Positions 1 to 10,744 of a stretch of DNA of 64,000 nt are shown piece after piece. The translations under genes were made by a program, and so were the position numbers. Origin of the DNA: an uncultured Nitrospiraceae bacterium (GTDB taxonomy: Bacteria; Nitrospirota; Thermodesulfovibrionia; Thermodesulfovibrionales; UBA6898); the NCBI GenBank assembly GCA_963811165.1, contig CAWEQH010000009.1, positions 42,681 through 106,680 of the forward strand, given 5' to 3'. Position 1 is the stretch's first letter. The number at the start of each line of letters is the position of its first letter. The notes beneath the pieces are model-generated. The model was not told the origin of the DNA. It searched no databases and was given only the letters and a program-made list of their open reading frames with translations.

Positions 1-591
1 CTTGCCCGAGAGGCGCTTGACGAGCGTCTCTTTCAGGACGGGGCCGCGGGGTGAGCGAAGCCCTCTTCCATGGATAATCTTTACACATTGGTACCTCTTT
101 TTCAGGGCCTCTTTGAAGAAGGTTTCGACTTCCTCCTCCGACTCCTCTACGGAAAGGCCGTGCAAATCGAGACAGTCCTTTACGGAGAAGCGTCCTTCAT
201 GGAGAAGCCTGGTAATATCGCCGCTGAAGTCCTCGTTTACCCATTCCACATACTCCTGCGTATGAGCGAGATTGACCGCCCGCCGGCCCGCGACGATTTC
301 CTTGAGTGCGGTGAGCGCTTCGTTTTCCCGGTTGCCTTTCTTGCAGGGAACGGTCGCCCTCTTCACATCCGCCCGAAGTGACCTGAATTCCCTGATCTCC
401 TTCACCCCGGACATCTCCCGGGCAAAGAGTTCTTCGTCGGTGAGGGTCTCTTTTTTTTTGGTAAGAACTGGTTTGGGGACTGCTGTTATGGGAGCTGCTT
501 TAATCCCGCGGCCATCGATCATTTTTTTCAGGCCCTCAAACGGCTGGAACGAAAAGGTCTCGGGTGTATTTCTTTTTTCGCCCATGTGCAT
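1..591 (-). CDS. Smr/MutS2-domain protein (runs off the window start)
   Basis: Translated by hand and absent from the ORF track: MHMGEKRN...CLDLHGLSVEESEEEV...CVKIIHGRGLRSPRGPVLK. DLHG and IHGRG are Smr motifs. AAGGA lies just upstream of the ATG at 591. Confidence 0.85.
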   Translation of the reverse strand, partial: MHMGEKRNTPETFSFQPFEGLKKMIDGRGIKAAPITAVPKPVLTKKKETLTDEELFAREMSGVKEIREFRSLRADVKRATVPCKKGNRENEALTALKEIVAGRRAVNLAHTQEYVEWVNEDFSGDITRLLHEGRFSVKDCLDLHGLSVEESEEEVETFFKEALKKRYQCVKIIHGRGLRSPRGPVLKETLVKRLSGK

Positions 592-688
592 ATCCTTGCT
601 TATTGTAACAAAAGTATTGTCCCGGGCACTCTCTTTTTGGTAGTTTCTTAGATCTGGGACACTACCCTCCTTTCTCCCCGGCGCATTC

Positions 689-2143
689 CTAATACCTCAT
701 CCTCACCCTGTAGGTCAGTTTTACCTCGCTGTCCTTTGCCACGGGCACGCTAAACTCGGCGGTGAAGGCCTCTGTCTTTTTGTATTCGACTGAGGAGCTA
801 AGCATTCTCCAGTCTCCAGGAACCGGCTCCACGACCCTTACGATAACGTCTTCCTTCTTATGGTTCCTTATCGAGATTTCATATGCAGCCTCATACGTGT
901 CGTAGGCGATCTTTTTCCAGTCCGTCTGTTTCCTGGACCCGACCACGTCGAATGCGTCTCCGAGTTTGATCCTGATCTTCTCGTCTTTTGGCGTATGGTC
1001 GATCGAGTCTTCCCCGATGAACTGCAGGCTTCCCTCCGTATCGTTCTTATAGACGCGGACTGTACCCTTTGGAAGCGGGATGCCGAGGTTGTTTTCTTTT
1101 TTGTTTTGGATCTCGACATAGACACCGATCTTTTGGTTGGTCATCGCTTCGCCGTATTGGCTGTAATAATAGTATTTGGCGCCGTAAAAAAGCAGTTCCT
1201 TTTTTACGGGAATATCCCCGGCGCTTACGAGGCCGATCTGTTTCGTCTGGTTGTCTTTGATCGTGGAAGGTCTCTGCAATGTGTAAATGTGGTACTCAAA
1301 AAATGATTCTTCCTTAAACTGGGGGGCTGCCGGGCGGGCCATAGCGCCCGCGAGACGTTCCGTTCTTGCCTTATATTCAAATTCATCTTTGACCCTGTTT
1401 ACGTCACCGGCCACGAGTTTGATCTTTGCATCTCTGTATATTGTACCGCTTTTGTTGTCGATCGTGACCCATCCGGAGAGGTCGGCACGGTCGTCTTTTT
1501 CGTTCATGGTGAGGACATAGTCGGCCCTCCAGTTTAAATTGTTTGTCAGATAAGATGCCTCGATCGCCTGGGCCGAGGTGAGACGGTTTTCGAGGAGCCA
1601 AAGAAGTGTAGGTTTCGATATAAGGTTCTCGGGAACGCCGGGGAAAATGATCCTGCCGGGATGGCCGAAGGTTATCCCGCCGTCTATCTTGAATATGGGA
1701 CCGCCGTTGTTTGAAAGGAGGGTTGCGGAGATGATCTCTTCCCTTTCCGTGTACGGATTTTTCTGATAGAGTTTTACCTCCTTCCCCACGTACTTGTCGA
1801 GGAGTTTCTGGGGGTTCAGGAGATCGTATTCGTAGTTTTGTTCGAGTACATCGAGGCTGCCGGGGTCCGTGAGCGACTTTATGTATACACTCGTCGGGAT
1901 TATTTGCGATGCGACGTCCGTAAATCGTACCTCACTCTTTCCCGTGGGGATGGCGATCTTTCTCCGGTCTTTGACGAGTCCGAGGTTTACGTTATAGATC
2001 GTAACCGCGACAGCGGTCTGGTCCGCTAACCCCGATGAAAGACCGGCGCCTTTGTCCCCGCTCTCGGGATATGCGCTTCCGAGAAATAGTGTGACAAGAA
2101 AAAGTACCGACGATATAAGACCAAAAAAAGGTTTTGCTTTCAT
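689..2143 (-). CDS. DUF4139-domain exported protein
   Basis: 484 aa with signal peptide; VTIYNxNLGLV, EQNYEYDL, YLTxxLxWxADY and FFEYHIY motifs. Confidence 0.8.
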   Translation of the reverse strand: MKAKPFFGLISSVLFLVTLFLGSAYPESGDKGAGLSSGLADQTAVAVTIYNVNLGLVKDRRKIAIPTGKSEVRFTDVASQIIPTSVYIKSLTDPGSLDVLEQNYEYDLLNPQKLLDKYVGKEVKLYQKNPYTEREEIISATLLSNNGGPIFKIDGGITFGHPGRIIFPGVPENLISKPTLLWLLENRLTSAQAIEASYLTNNLNWRADYVLTMNEKDDRADLSGWVTIDNKSGTIYRDAKIKLVAGDVNRVKDEFEYKARTERLAGAMARPAAPQFKEESFFEYHIYTLQRPSTIKDNQTKQIGLVSAGDIPVKKELLFYGAKYYYYSQYGEAMTNQKIGVYVEIQNKKENNLGIPLPKGTVRVYKNDTEGSLQFIGEDSIDHTPKDEKIRIKLGDAFDVVGSRKQTDWKKIAYDTYEAAYEISIRNHKKEDVIVRVVEPVPGDWRMLSSSVEYKKTEAFTAEFSVPVAKDSEVKLTYRVRMRY

Positions 2144-2241
2144 ATAGGGCCTCCGTGAATTTCTTCTGATAGATATAAGTTTATCCCAGATAGGTCTTTA
2201 AAAATAGTAAAAATTATAATTGTGGATCTACTATCCATTTG

Positions 2242-2378
2242 TGAAGAAGGGAGATCGTCTTTTCGCTCATTCTCGCCCGCCCGCCTGAGGCGGGCAAGCT
2301 CCGAGGCAATTTCTCGATCCGCCCGTGTCGGATCAATACGAGAAATTGAAGCCGCTCAAAGACGATCTCCCTTCTTCA
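2242..2378. repeat. Structured intergenic repeat, copy 1 of 3
   Basis: Perfect 21-bp terminal inverted repeat (2242-2262/2358-2378) enclosing the core TCGCTCATTCTCG..CTCCGAGGC..GAAGCCGCTC shared with 48095-48225 and 50229-50345. Confidence 0.8.
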
Positions 2379-2448
2379 TTTGTGCGATGCCGGAATAAAG
2401 TTTGTGAATTGTATGGGCGGTATTCCCCTTGCGGTCCTGCACTATGGC

Positions 2449-2477
2449 TTGACAACCATCCCCTTGTCGTATAAATT
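2449..2477 (+). promoter_or_regulatory. Putative sigma70 promoter of the OsmC-family gene
   Basis: TTGACA-17 nt-TAAATT, followed by an AGGAGG RBS. Confidence 0.55.
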
Positions 2478-2503
2478 AACCCAAAAAACCAAGGAGGACA
2501 GGA

Positions 2504-2923
2504 ATGGCTAAGGCGACGATACGATATAACGGAGGACTGCAGTTCGTGGGAGAGGCCGATTCCAGGCATGCGGTCGTCATGGACGCGGAAGAGAAGTTCG
2601 GCGGCAGGGATTCAGGCGCCAGGCCGATGGAACTCCTGCTTATGGGTATCGGCGGATGCTCCGGCATGGACATCGTTTCGATATTGAAGAAAAAGAGGGA
2701 ACATGTTACCGACCTTGAGATAAATGTGGACGGGAAAATGGCCGAGGATTACCCCCATAAATATACTCAGATCGATATCGAATATGTCGTCACTGGAAAG
2801 AATTTGTCCGACGAGGCGGTGAAGCGGGCGGTGCAGCTCTCGATGGACAAGTACTGCTCGGTCAAGGCAACACTCGAAGGCTCCGCGAAGATAACCTTTT
2901 CGTACAAGATAGTCGAGGAATAA
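2504..2923 (+). CDS. OsmC/YhfA family protein
   Basis: GARPMELLLMGIGGCSGMD and SMDKYCSV two-Cys motifs. Confidence 0.9.
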   Translation: MAKATIRYNGGLQFVGEADSRHAVVMDAEEKFGGRDSGARPMELLLMGIGGCSGMDIVSILKKKREHVTDLEINVDGKMAEDYPHKYTQIDIEYVVTGKNLSDEAVKRAVQLSMDKYCSVKATLEGSAKITFSYKIVEE

Positions 2924-2951
2924 GTAGGGGCACATTGCAATGTGCCCCTAC
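2924..2951. repeat. GTAG-type REP-like palindrome, probably also the terminator between convergent genes
   Basis: Perfect 28-bp palindrome GTAGGGGCACATTGCAATGTGCCCCTAC. Confidence 0.7.
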
Positions 2952-2967
2952 AGCCACTGTTTTTTTG

Positions 2968-5900
2968 TCATTCCGCCGCAGTCTGTTCTTTATGATGCTC
3001 TGCAGCGACCAACATATAGATGGAGGGCACCACAAAGAGGGTAAAGAGGGTGCCTACGAACATGCCTCCTACCAGCACAAGACCGATTGAGTTACGGGCG
3101 GCTGCGCCGGCCCCGGTGACGAGGGTCAGGGGAAAGTGACCGGCAATGGTGGCGGCGCTTGTCATCAGGATCGGCCGCAGTCGTGTCATTGCTGCTTCAC
3201 GCACTGCCTCAAGCTTGGGGTGGCCCTCCAATTGCAGCCGGTTGGCAAACTCCACGATCAGGATTCCGTTTTTGGACACCAGTCCGACCAAAGTTACCAG
3301 TCCGACCTGGGAGTATATGTTTAGAGTGGTAGTCCAGCCGCGCGTCCAGAAGGGGACGTTGGGGTCCGGCATCTTCAGGAAGGTGAAGAGCAGCGCTCCG
3401 AACATGGCCAGCGGCACCGAACCCGCCAGGATGACAAAGGGGTCGCGGAAGCTGTTGAACTGGGCGGCCAGCACCAAAAATATCAGGATGACTGCCAGGC
3501 CAAATGCAGGGAGAAACTTGTTTCCCTCGGTGCGCAACTGGCGTGACTCTCCGGTATAGTCGATGACATACCCTTTGGGCAGGATCTTCGCTGCCTCGTC
3601 CTCAAGGTAGCGGAGTGCCTCGTCAAGCGGCCGCACCGCCACGCCGCTAATCTTGACTGCGTTTAGCTGCTGGAAGCGGTTGAGGGAACGGGGCACGACA
3701 GAATCGCGAAGTGTGGCGATGGTGTTAAGCGGGATCAGCTTGCCGCCCGGGCCGGTGACATAGATATTCTGGAGTTGCTCCGGGTTAAGGCGTCCGATCC
3801 GCTCGATCTGGGGAATTACCTTGTAGCTTCGGCCGAAGATGTCGAAGCGATTGACGAAGTCCCCCCCACCATGCCTCCCAGGTCGCCGCCAATCTGCCCT
3901 AGGTTGAGCCCCAGGTCTGCGACCTTGTCGCGGTCTATGAGGAATTCCGACTGGGGTTGGTCGATCTTGACATCGATCTGAGGCGGGAAGGCGAACATGC
4001 CGCTTTGAATGGCCTTCATTTGCAGTTGGTGTGCGAAATCGAGGATCTGTCCGGCCTCGGCGGTCGATGCCAATATGAATTCGACAGGAAACTGCCCGCC
4101 TCCCGGCAGCGCAGGCGGTGTCACAGGGAAGATCTGGATGCCGGGGATCTTCTGCAACTTCTGCTGGACCTCGGGCATGATCTGGAAGATGTTTCGTTTG
4201 CGCTTGTCCCAGGGCTTGACCACCATGCCTCCGAAACCAGAATTGGGGAAGGTGATCTGAAAGGTGAAGTCGGTCTCGGGCACACTCATGAAGGCCCGGT
4301 TTACCGCCGCTGCGTAACGTGTGTTTTGATCGAGGGTGGAGTTGGCCGAGGCATCGAGGATGCCGAAGATGACGCCCTGGTCCTCGGTCGGCGCCAGTTC
4401 CTTGGCGGACATCCTAAACATCGGCACGGTCAGCAGGGAGATAATGATCCAGACCGTGTAGACCGCGGGACGGACATTGAGGGTGGCGGTGAGCAATCTG
4501 CCGTATGTTTCCCTCAGGCGTGTGAAGTCATGCGAGATGCGGCCGGCCAGGCCGTGCTCCCCGGCGCCAGGTTTAAGCAGTGTGGCTGACATGACCGGAG
4601 AAAGGGTCAGGGCCACGATCCCCGAGATGGTGACGGCACCCGCGAGGGTGAAGGCGAACTCCTTAAACAGAGAGCCTGTCAATCCCCCCTGCAGACCTAC
4701 GGGGAGATAGACCGCCGCAAGCGTGACGGTCATGGCGATGATCGGCCCGACCAGTTCGCGGGCGCCAAGCAGGGCGGCCTCTAGGGCCGATTTTCCGGTC
4801 CGCAGGTGGCGCTCGACATTTTCGACCACAACAATGGCGTCGTCGACAACCAGTCCGACAGAGAGGACGATGGCCAGAAGGGTGAGCAGGTTCACCGTAA
4901 AGCCGAAGGCCTGCATCAGGAATACCGCGCCGATAAGTGAGACCGGGATGGCGACTACCGGGATGAAGACCGACCGGAAGGAACCGAGGAAGAGGAATAT
5001 GACGACGACCACGATCATCAGCGTGTCACCGAGGGTCTTGAGCACCTCGTGGATGGCGTTGGTAATATAGTCGGTAGCGTCGTAGGCGACACGGGACTGC
5101 ATGCCGCTTGGCAGGTCCCGCTGAATGGACGCCATCTCGGTCTTCACCCGCTTGATAACGTCCACGGAATTGGCGTTAGGAAGAGGCCAGATCCCCATAA
5201 AGACGGCTGTCTGCCCCGAGAAGTGGACCTCTGAGTCGTAGTCCTCGGCCCCGAGGACCACGTCGGCGATGTCTGAAAGACGCACGATGGCGCCGTTTTG
5301 GTCACGCACGGCAAGCTGTTTGAACTCCCCGACCGTCTTCAGGTTTGTATCGGCGGTCAGGTTGACCTGGATGTAGACGCCTTTGCTCTGGCCGAGGGCG
5401 GCAAGGAAGTTATTGGCAGCCATGGCCTGGCGCACCTGGACAGGGCTGATGTTAAGGGCGGCCATCCGCTCAGGCTTGAGCCATATGCGCATGGCAAAGG
5501 TGCGGGCTCCCAGTATGTCGGCCCGCTGCACCCCGTCGATGGCCGCGAGGCGCGGCTGGACAATGCGCACCAGGTATTCGGTGATCTCATTCTGTTTCAG
5601 AATGTCCGAGGTGAAGCTGAGGTATGCCGAGGCGAACTGGCTGTCAGCCGACTCGATGTTGATCGCAGGCACCTCGGCCTCGGGCGGGAGATCACGGCGT
5701 ACCTGGTCAACCTTCGAACTGATCTCGGCAAGTGCCTTGGTAGAGTCGTAGTTGATCTTGAGTCGCACCTTGATGGTCGAGAGCCCGAGCGTGCTCTGAG
5801 ACTCCATGTACTCGATGCCGTCGGCGGCTGCGATGGTACGCTCAAGAGGGGTGGTGACGAACCCACGCACCAGTTCGGCGCTGGCTCCGACATAGACTGT

Positions 5901-6044
5901 GGTAACCGTCACCGCCGCGTTTTCACTGCGGGGATACTGACGCACATTTAGGGTCCGGATTGCCTGCAGACCGGCTATGAGGATAAGCAGGTTTACCACA
6001 AGGGCCAACACAGGCCGGCGGATGAAGAGATCGGTGATTTTCAT
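2968..6044 (-). CDS. RND efflux permease (AcrB/MexI-like), split by a 1-nt frameshift at about 3861
   Basis: GLVVDDAIVVVEN and RLRPILMT motifs. ORFs 3816-6044 and 2968-3696 join if one G is added to the G7 run (GGMVGG-DFVNRFDIFGRSYKV). Confidence 0.9.
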
Positions 6045-6056
6045 GAGACGAGCATA

Positions 6057-6174
6057 CCAACCCCTCCCGACCTCCCCTTATCAGGGGAGGGGTAAAAGAG
6101 TCCGGTCTTATCCTTCTCAGTGGTGAAGAACGAAATTTCTTCCCCCTTGATAAGGGGGGATTGAGGGGGGTTGG
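6057..6174. repeat. CCCCCTT..AAGGGGG-type palindromic repeat pair inside the RND operon
   Basis: Hairpins CCTCCCCT-TATC-AGGGGAGG and TCCCCCTT-GAT-AAGGGGGG, with complementary outer ends CCAACCCC/GGGGTTGG. Confidence 0.65.
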
Positions 6175-6189
6175 GGTCGGTTTTCTCTT

Positions 6190-7308
6190 TCAATTGTTCT
6201 CAGGCCTTGGCGCCATCTGAAATGCAGGCGCCAGCTTGTTGTCCACAACCACCGACTGGCCGTTTCGGAGCTTAAAGACGCCGGTGCTGACGACCGTCTC
6301 GCCTTCCTTAAGCCCGCTAGTTACGGCGACGAAATCACCGCGTTTTTTCCCGAGGCGTATGAACTGTTGCCTGAGCACCTTTCCTCCCTTTCTGTCTTTG
6401 TTCTCTTCGATGATAAAGACCGAGTCGCTATAGGGGGCATAGAGGACCGCTGTGGCCGGTATGACCAGCACCGGCTGGCGGACCGGCAACCCTACTGCCA
6501 CATTGACGAACATCCCGGGCCGAAGTCTCTCTTGGCGGTTGGCCAGCGTAGCCTCTATTTTGATATTGCGTGTATCGGCATCGACCAGGGGATTGATTGC
6601 GGTGATCCGGCCCTCGATCGTCTCTCCGGGCAGGGCATCGCTCGTCACCCTGACAGGCAGGCCTAGGCGGACCCGCGGTAGCTCCTGCTGGGGCAGACTG
6701 AAGTCTACATATATTGGGTCAAGGGACTGCATGGTGACGATGGGATCTCCCTCGCGAAGCATCTGGCCGAGGTTGACCTGGCGTATCCCGATCCGGCCGC
6801 TGAAGGGTGCCCGGATCGTCTTTTTGGCTATGGTGGCCCGTATGGTTTCGGCTTGGGCAATCGCCTGCTCGTGGTTGGCGACGGCGGTGTCGTAGTCGGC
6901 CTGGGAAATCTGCTGCGTCAGCATCTTCTCGTCTCGTTCCAGGATGGTCTTCGTCAGCTTCACCTGGGCGACGGCGCCGGGAAGTTGGGCCTCTTCAGAG
7001 GAAGTGTCCTGACGAAGGAGGATGTCCCCTTTTTTCACGGAAGTTCCGGCATCGAAGGAGAGCTTGACCACCTTCCCCACCAGCTCGGCGGCTACGGTCA
7101 CTCCCTGCACGGCGTTCAGAGTGCCGACCGCGTTTAGGCTGGTCTCCCATGAGTCGGCCTTTACTATTGCAGAGGTCACGGTCTCAGGCGGAGGAACGAA
7201 CTTCTTGCCCTGATTGATCATGGCGCGGATCTGCAGGGCCTTGACAGCACCTAACACAGCGATAAGAATAGCCAGTCCTATGAGGGTGAAGATTATGAGC
7301 TTCTTCAC
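6190..7308 (-). CDS. RND efflux periplasmic adaptor (MFP, MexH-like)
   Basis: IRAPFSGRIG and LRPGMFV motifs; probable GTG start at 7308 overlapping the upstream stop (GTGA). Confidence 0.9.
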   Translation of the reverse strand: MKKLIIFTLIGLAILIAVLGAVKALQIRAMINQGKKFVPPPETVTSAIVKADSWETSLNAVGTLNAVQGVTVAAELVGKVVKLSFDAGTSVKKGDILLRQDTSSEEAQLPGAVAQVKLTKTILERDEKMLTQQISQADYDTAVANHEQAIAQAETIRATIAKKTIRAPFSGRIGIRQVNLGQMLREGDPIVTMQSLDPIYVDFSLPQQELPRVRLGLPVRVTSDALPGETIEGRITAINPLVDADTRNIKIEATLANRQERLRPGMFVNVAVGLPVRQPVLVIPATAVLYAPYSDSVFIIEENKDRKGGKVLRQQFIRLGKKRGDFVAVTSGLKEGETVVSTGVFKLRNGQSVVVDNKLAPAFQMAPRPENN

Positions 7309-8813
7309 GGTTGGTCTTCTCTTTTCCACCACCCGCCCCCCATCGCCTGAAACAGCGCCGCCGTGTCTGCAAAGCGGGCCGCCTGCGTCTGAACCAGCCC
7401 AAGACGGGTCTGCTGATACTGGCGTTCTGCATTGAGCAGCGAAAGATAGCTTACCGCCCCGAGCTGAAACTGCTTCTGCGTCAGGTCCAGGGTGTCGGCC
7501 GCGGCCGCTTCAGCGTCGGCCTGTGTCGTGAGCGCCCGTGCGTCCGCTTCCAGGGCGCGCAGCGAATCGGCCACATTTTGGAACGCCATCAAAACGGTTT
7601 CTTGATATTGTGACGCTGCCTGATTGTATAGTTCGACTGCGGCACGGCGCCTGGCGGTAAGCGTCCCGCCATGGAAAACGGGCTGGACCAGCCCTCCGGC
7701 GATGCTCCAGAGGGCCGCACTGCTTTTCAACAGATCGCGAAGCCTGGAGGACTCCGACCCATAACTTCCGGTCAGCGTGATCTGGGGGTAGAGATTCGCC
7801 GTCGCCACGCCGATCTGTGCGCTCGCAGCATGCAGCAGCGCCTCAGAGGCAAGGATGTCAGGGCGCTGGCGCACCAGCGACGACGACAGGCTCACCGGTA
7901 ATTCCCCAGGCAGCTGCAATCCTTTGAGATCGAACTCAGGCATTGACCCCGCCTCGCCGGGGAAGATGCCCGTAAGCGCCGCCAACTGGTGCCGGGTCTG
8001 GGCGAGCTGTCTCTCTAACGGCGGCAGCGTCGACCGTGTCTGCGCAAGCTGCGTCCGCTCCGCAAGCACGTCAGAGCGCGACGCGCCGCCGAGCTGAAAC
8101 TGATGTCCGACCAAGTCGAGCTGTTTCTCCTGTGCCTCCAGTATCTCCTGCGTCGCCCGGATTTGCCCACGAAGCGAGGCCTCCTTCACCGCTGCAGTGA
8201 CGATATTGGACGTGAGCGTAAGACGGACACCTTCGAGCTGAAAGCGCTGGTAGTCGATCTGCGCCTGAAGCGCCTCCAGGTCTCGTCTTATGCCGCCGAA
8301 GATGTCAAGCATGAACGAGACATTCACCGAGGCGTTATAAAGGGTGAAGGGGCTGAAACTGGTGCCGGGCTGTCCAAACGAGGCTCCCGAGATCTTTTCG
8401 TGAAGGGCCGAGGCGTTTGCGTCCACACTCGGCAAGAGTGCGCCGGCTTCTGCTTGCCAGTTCTCCCGCGCCTGGCGCAACGCGGCCTTTGCTGCAGCAA
8501 GTGTCGGGCTGTCTGCCAGCGCCCTGCGGATCAACTGATCCAGTACCTCGGAATGAAACAGCGTCCACCACTGGTCGGGTATCTCTTTCCCGAAGGCAAA
8601 GTGTTGGCCCTCGCCTCCGGTACCCGGCGCTGAAGACGTCTTCTCCGGCAGGGGGACTGTCGTGTACACATCTGTCTTCGGCGCCTCGGGACGGTGAAAA
8701 TCAGGTCCCACAGAACATCCGGTCATTGCGATGGCGACGATCAGTAAGACGGTAAACCCGAAATGCGGAAGAAGGTTTGCCGCCTCCTCTCTATCCTTTG
8801 GTCTTTCTCTCAT
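7305..8813 (-). CDS. RND outer-membrane factor lipoprotein (NodT/OpmD-like)
   Basis: Lipobox MTGC-SVGPDF; WWTLF, RPDILASE and terminal GGGWW motifs. Confidence 0.9.
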   Translation of the reverse strand: MRERPKDREEAANLLPHFGFTVLLIVAIAMTGCSVGPDFHRPEAPKTDVYTTVPLPEKTSSAPGTGGEGQHFAFGKEIPDQWWTLFHSEVLDQLIRRALADSPTLAAAKAALRQARENWQAEAGALLPSVDANASALHEKISGASFGQPGTSFSPFTLYNASVNVSFMLDIFGGIRRDLEALQAQIDYQRFQLEGVRLTLTSNIVTAAVKEASLRGQIRATQEILEAQEKQLDLVGHQFQLGGASRSDVLAERTQLAQTRSTLPPLERQLAQTRHQLAALTGIFPGEAGSMPEFDLKGLQLPGELPVSLSSSLVRQRPDILASEALLHAASAQIGVATANLYPQITLTGSYGSESSRLRDLLKSSAALWSIAGGLVQPVFHGGTLTARRRAAVELYNQAASQYQETVLMAFQNVADSLRALEADARALTTQADAEAAAADTLDLTQKQFQLGAVSYLSLLNAERQYQQTRLGLVQTQAARFADTAALFQAMGGGWWKREDQP

Positions 8814-9142
8814 CTCAGTCCGTGCATGAATCCCGTCAGTTTATCGCCTTTCCGATTTAACGAAGTATTTCGCACATTATATCAGGTCTTTAAGAGATGG
8901 ACTACTGGGTGCGAGATGTGTGTTGAAGAAGGTTAAAAAAGGGAGCAATGTCGAAAAAGAGAAAGGATGCTTTGATAACTAAACATATTTATTTCTTTTC
9001 AGTCCTATGACCCCCATAATTTTATCTTTTCAACCCAATGATGGGTTGCTAATCCGCGCAACATGTTTTAGGTTAGGGCAAGAGTTCAGTAAGGTGCTTT
9101 AAAGGGCAGTAGCGGAGCCCGATGAGAAAGGTGGTGTGAATA

Positions 9143-9514
9143 ATGTCGGGAAAAAAGAGCATAGAAAAGAAGGTGAACCGTCTCGCCGTATTTTTCATGA
9201 TGTTTGTTGCGGCGCTTTTTGTGATCTCCATGGCAAGCTCGGCCAGTGCCTATCCTTTCACCCTGCAGGGTAAGGTCGTGTCGATCGACAGCAACAGCAA
9301 GAAACTCACTCTGCAAGAGGACCAGTGCGGTATGAGCGGACGGTATGGAATCACATGGGATAACAATGCGACAGTGATGAGAGGGAATGATTTTGTGTCC
9401 TTTAACGACATCAGGGCAGGAGATGACGTAATAGTCACCTATTACGAAAAAAGCCCGGGCGAGTATGTTGCTGAAGACATTACTATTCCCACTATGGTGT
9501 CACCACATTGCTGA
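9143..9514 (+). CDS. Hypothetical exported protein (OB-fold-like)
   Basis: Signal peptide; GKVVSID...DIRAGDDVIVTY pattern; RBS-like AAAGGTGG. Confidence 0.65.
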   Translation: MSGKKSIEKKVNRLAVFFMMFVAALFVISMASSASAYPFTLQGKVVSIDSNSKKLTLQEDQCGMSGRYGITWDNNATVMRGNDFVSFNDIRAGDDVIVTYYEKSPGEYVAEDITIPTMVSPHC

Positions 9515-9536
9515 TTGGTAAAAAAAGAGCCGGTAA

Positions 9537-9567
9537 GCGCCGGGATCGTTCGGCGCTTTCTTTTTTT
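9537..9567 (+). terminator. Intrinsic terminator
   Basis: AGCGCCGG-loop-TCGGCGCT followed by a T-rich tract. Confidence 0.55.
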
Positions 9568-9616
9568 ACCCTAAAGTAAGGAAGCACAAATGCGAAAACA
9601 GAAAGGAGAAAAGGGC

Positions 9617-10084
9617 ATGAGAAAAACAATGCGTATGATTATCTTTCTCTTGGTCATTGGTCTTGCTACCGCCGGCATTGCAGCGGAAAAGAGTTTCAAG
9701 GCGGCGCTTTCCGGCAGTGAGGTCGTTCCCTCGGTGAAGACCATGGCAAAGGGTGAAGCGACCTTTACACCCGGAAAAGACGGCAAAGAGCTTATGTACA
9801 AGGTGACGGTCTCAGATATCGAAAATGTCACCGCCGTGCATATACATATGGGAAAGATGGGAAAGAACGGTCCGCCGGTGGCACTTATTGATATAAAGGG
9901 GAAAAAGGCCGGCAAATTCAGCGGCACCCTTTCGGAAGGCAAGGTTACCGCAAAGGAGCTGCTTGGCCCACTAAAGGGCAAGACAGTCAAGGACCTCACT
10001 AAGGAGATCGAAGCGGGAAATACCTATCTCAATGTGCACACCGACAAGTATCCGGACGGAGAACTGCGAGGGCAGATTAAATAG
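9617..10084 (+). CDS. CHRD-domain exported protein
   Basis: LSGSEVVP, TAVHIHMG, YLNVHT and GELRGQI motifs. Confidence 0.9.
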   Translation: MRKTMRMIIFLLVIGLATAGIAAEKSFKAALSGSEVVPSVKTMAKGEATFTPGKDGKELMYKVTVSDIENVTAVHIHMGKMGKNGPPVALIDIKGKKAGKFSGTLSEGKVTAKELLGPLKGKTVKDLTKEIEAGNTYLNVHTDKYPDGELRGQIK

Positions 10085-10112
10085 TGGCCGGATGGGGAAC
10101 GGGATGTTTCCT

Positions 10113-10189
10113 GTAGGGGCAACCCCCGTGGTTGCCTTTTTTAATGCGGCTCTGCCTACCGGAAGGGCGGCCGGGGAGGCCGCCCCTAC
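10113..10189. repeat. Inverted pair of GTAG-type REP-like units
   Basis: GTAGGGGCAACCCCCGTGGTTGCC on + facing GTAGGGGCGGCCTCCCCGGCCGCCC on -. Confidence 0.7.
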
Positions 10190-10240
10190 AAGTAAGGATT
10201 ACCCGTCCTCCCGATACCGCTTCTGGTATACTATCTGACG

Positions 10241-10744
10241 ATGATGAAAGAAGAGGGCCCGATCGAGAGAAAGAATTCTGTGTCCTCCGGCTCTCTCATT
10301 CCGGCACTTCTTAAAAATGTCGCTACCCTTGGTTTTATCGGGTACCTGCCCGTTGCGCCCGGCACATGGGGTACCGGGGCAGGGCTCATTTTCGTTGTGC
10401 TGCTGCCGATGTCTTCCTTTGCACTGCTGGGGATAGTGGTTACCGTAATCATGATAGGCACTATTGCAGCCGGCACCGCCGAAAGGTTGATCGGCGAGGC
10501 CGATAGCGGCCATATCATTATCGACGAGTTTGCCGGGTTTCTCGTCTCGATCATTTTCATTCCCCCCACATACCGCTATCTGGCTTCAGCCTTCCTTTTG
10601 TTCCGTTTTTTCGATATACTAAAGCCATTCCCCATAAGGAGACTGGAAAGGACGATAAAAGGCGGCGCCGGCATTATGGCCGATGATATTTTGGCAGGTA
10701 TTTTCACGAACGTGGTCCTACAGATATGGAAAATGAATTTCTGA
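10241..10744 (+). CDS. pgpA: Phosphatidylglycerophosphatase A
   Basis: PVAPGTWGT, IIIDEFAG, FRFFDILKPFPI and MADDILAG motifs. Confidence 0.93.
   Translation: MMKEEGPIERKNSVSSGSLIPALLKNVATLGFIGYLPVAPGTWGTGAGLIFVVLLPMSSFALLGIVVTVIMIGTIAAGTAERLIGEADSGHIIIDEFAGFLVSIIFIPPTYRYLASAFLLFRFFDILKPFPIRRLERTIKGGAGIMADDILAGIFTNVVLQIWKMNF

Noticed and set aside
3855..3870. Phase-variable G7 tract in the RND permease
   Set aside because: The tract is short and cannot be told apart from long-read homopolymer error.
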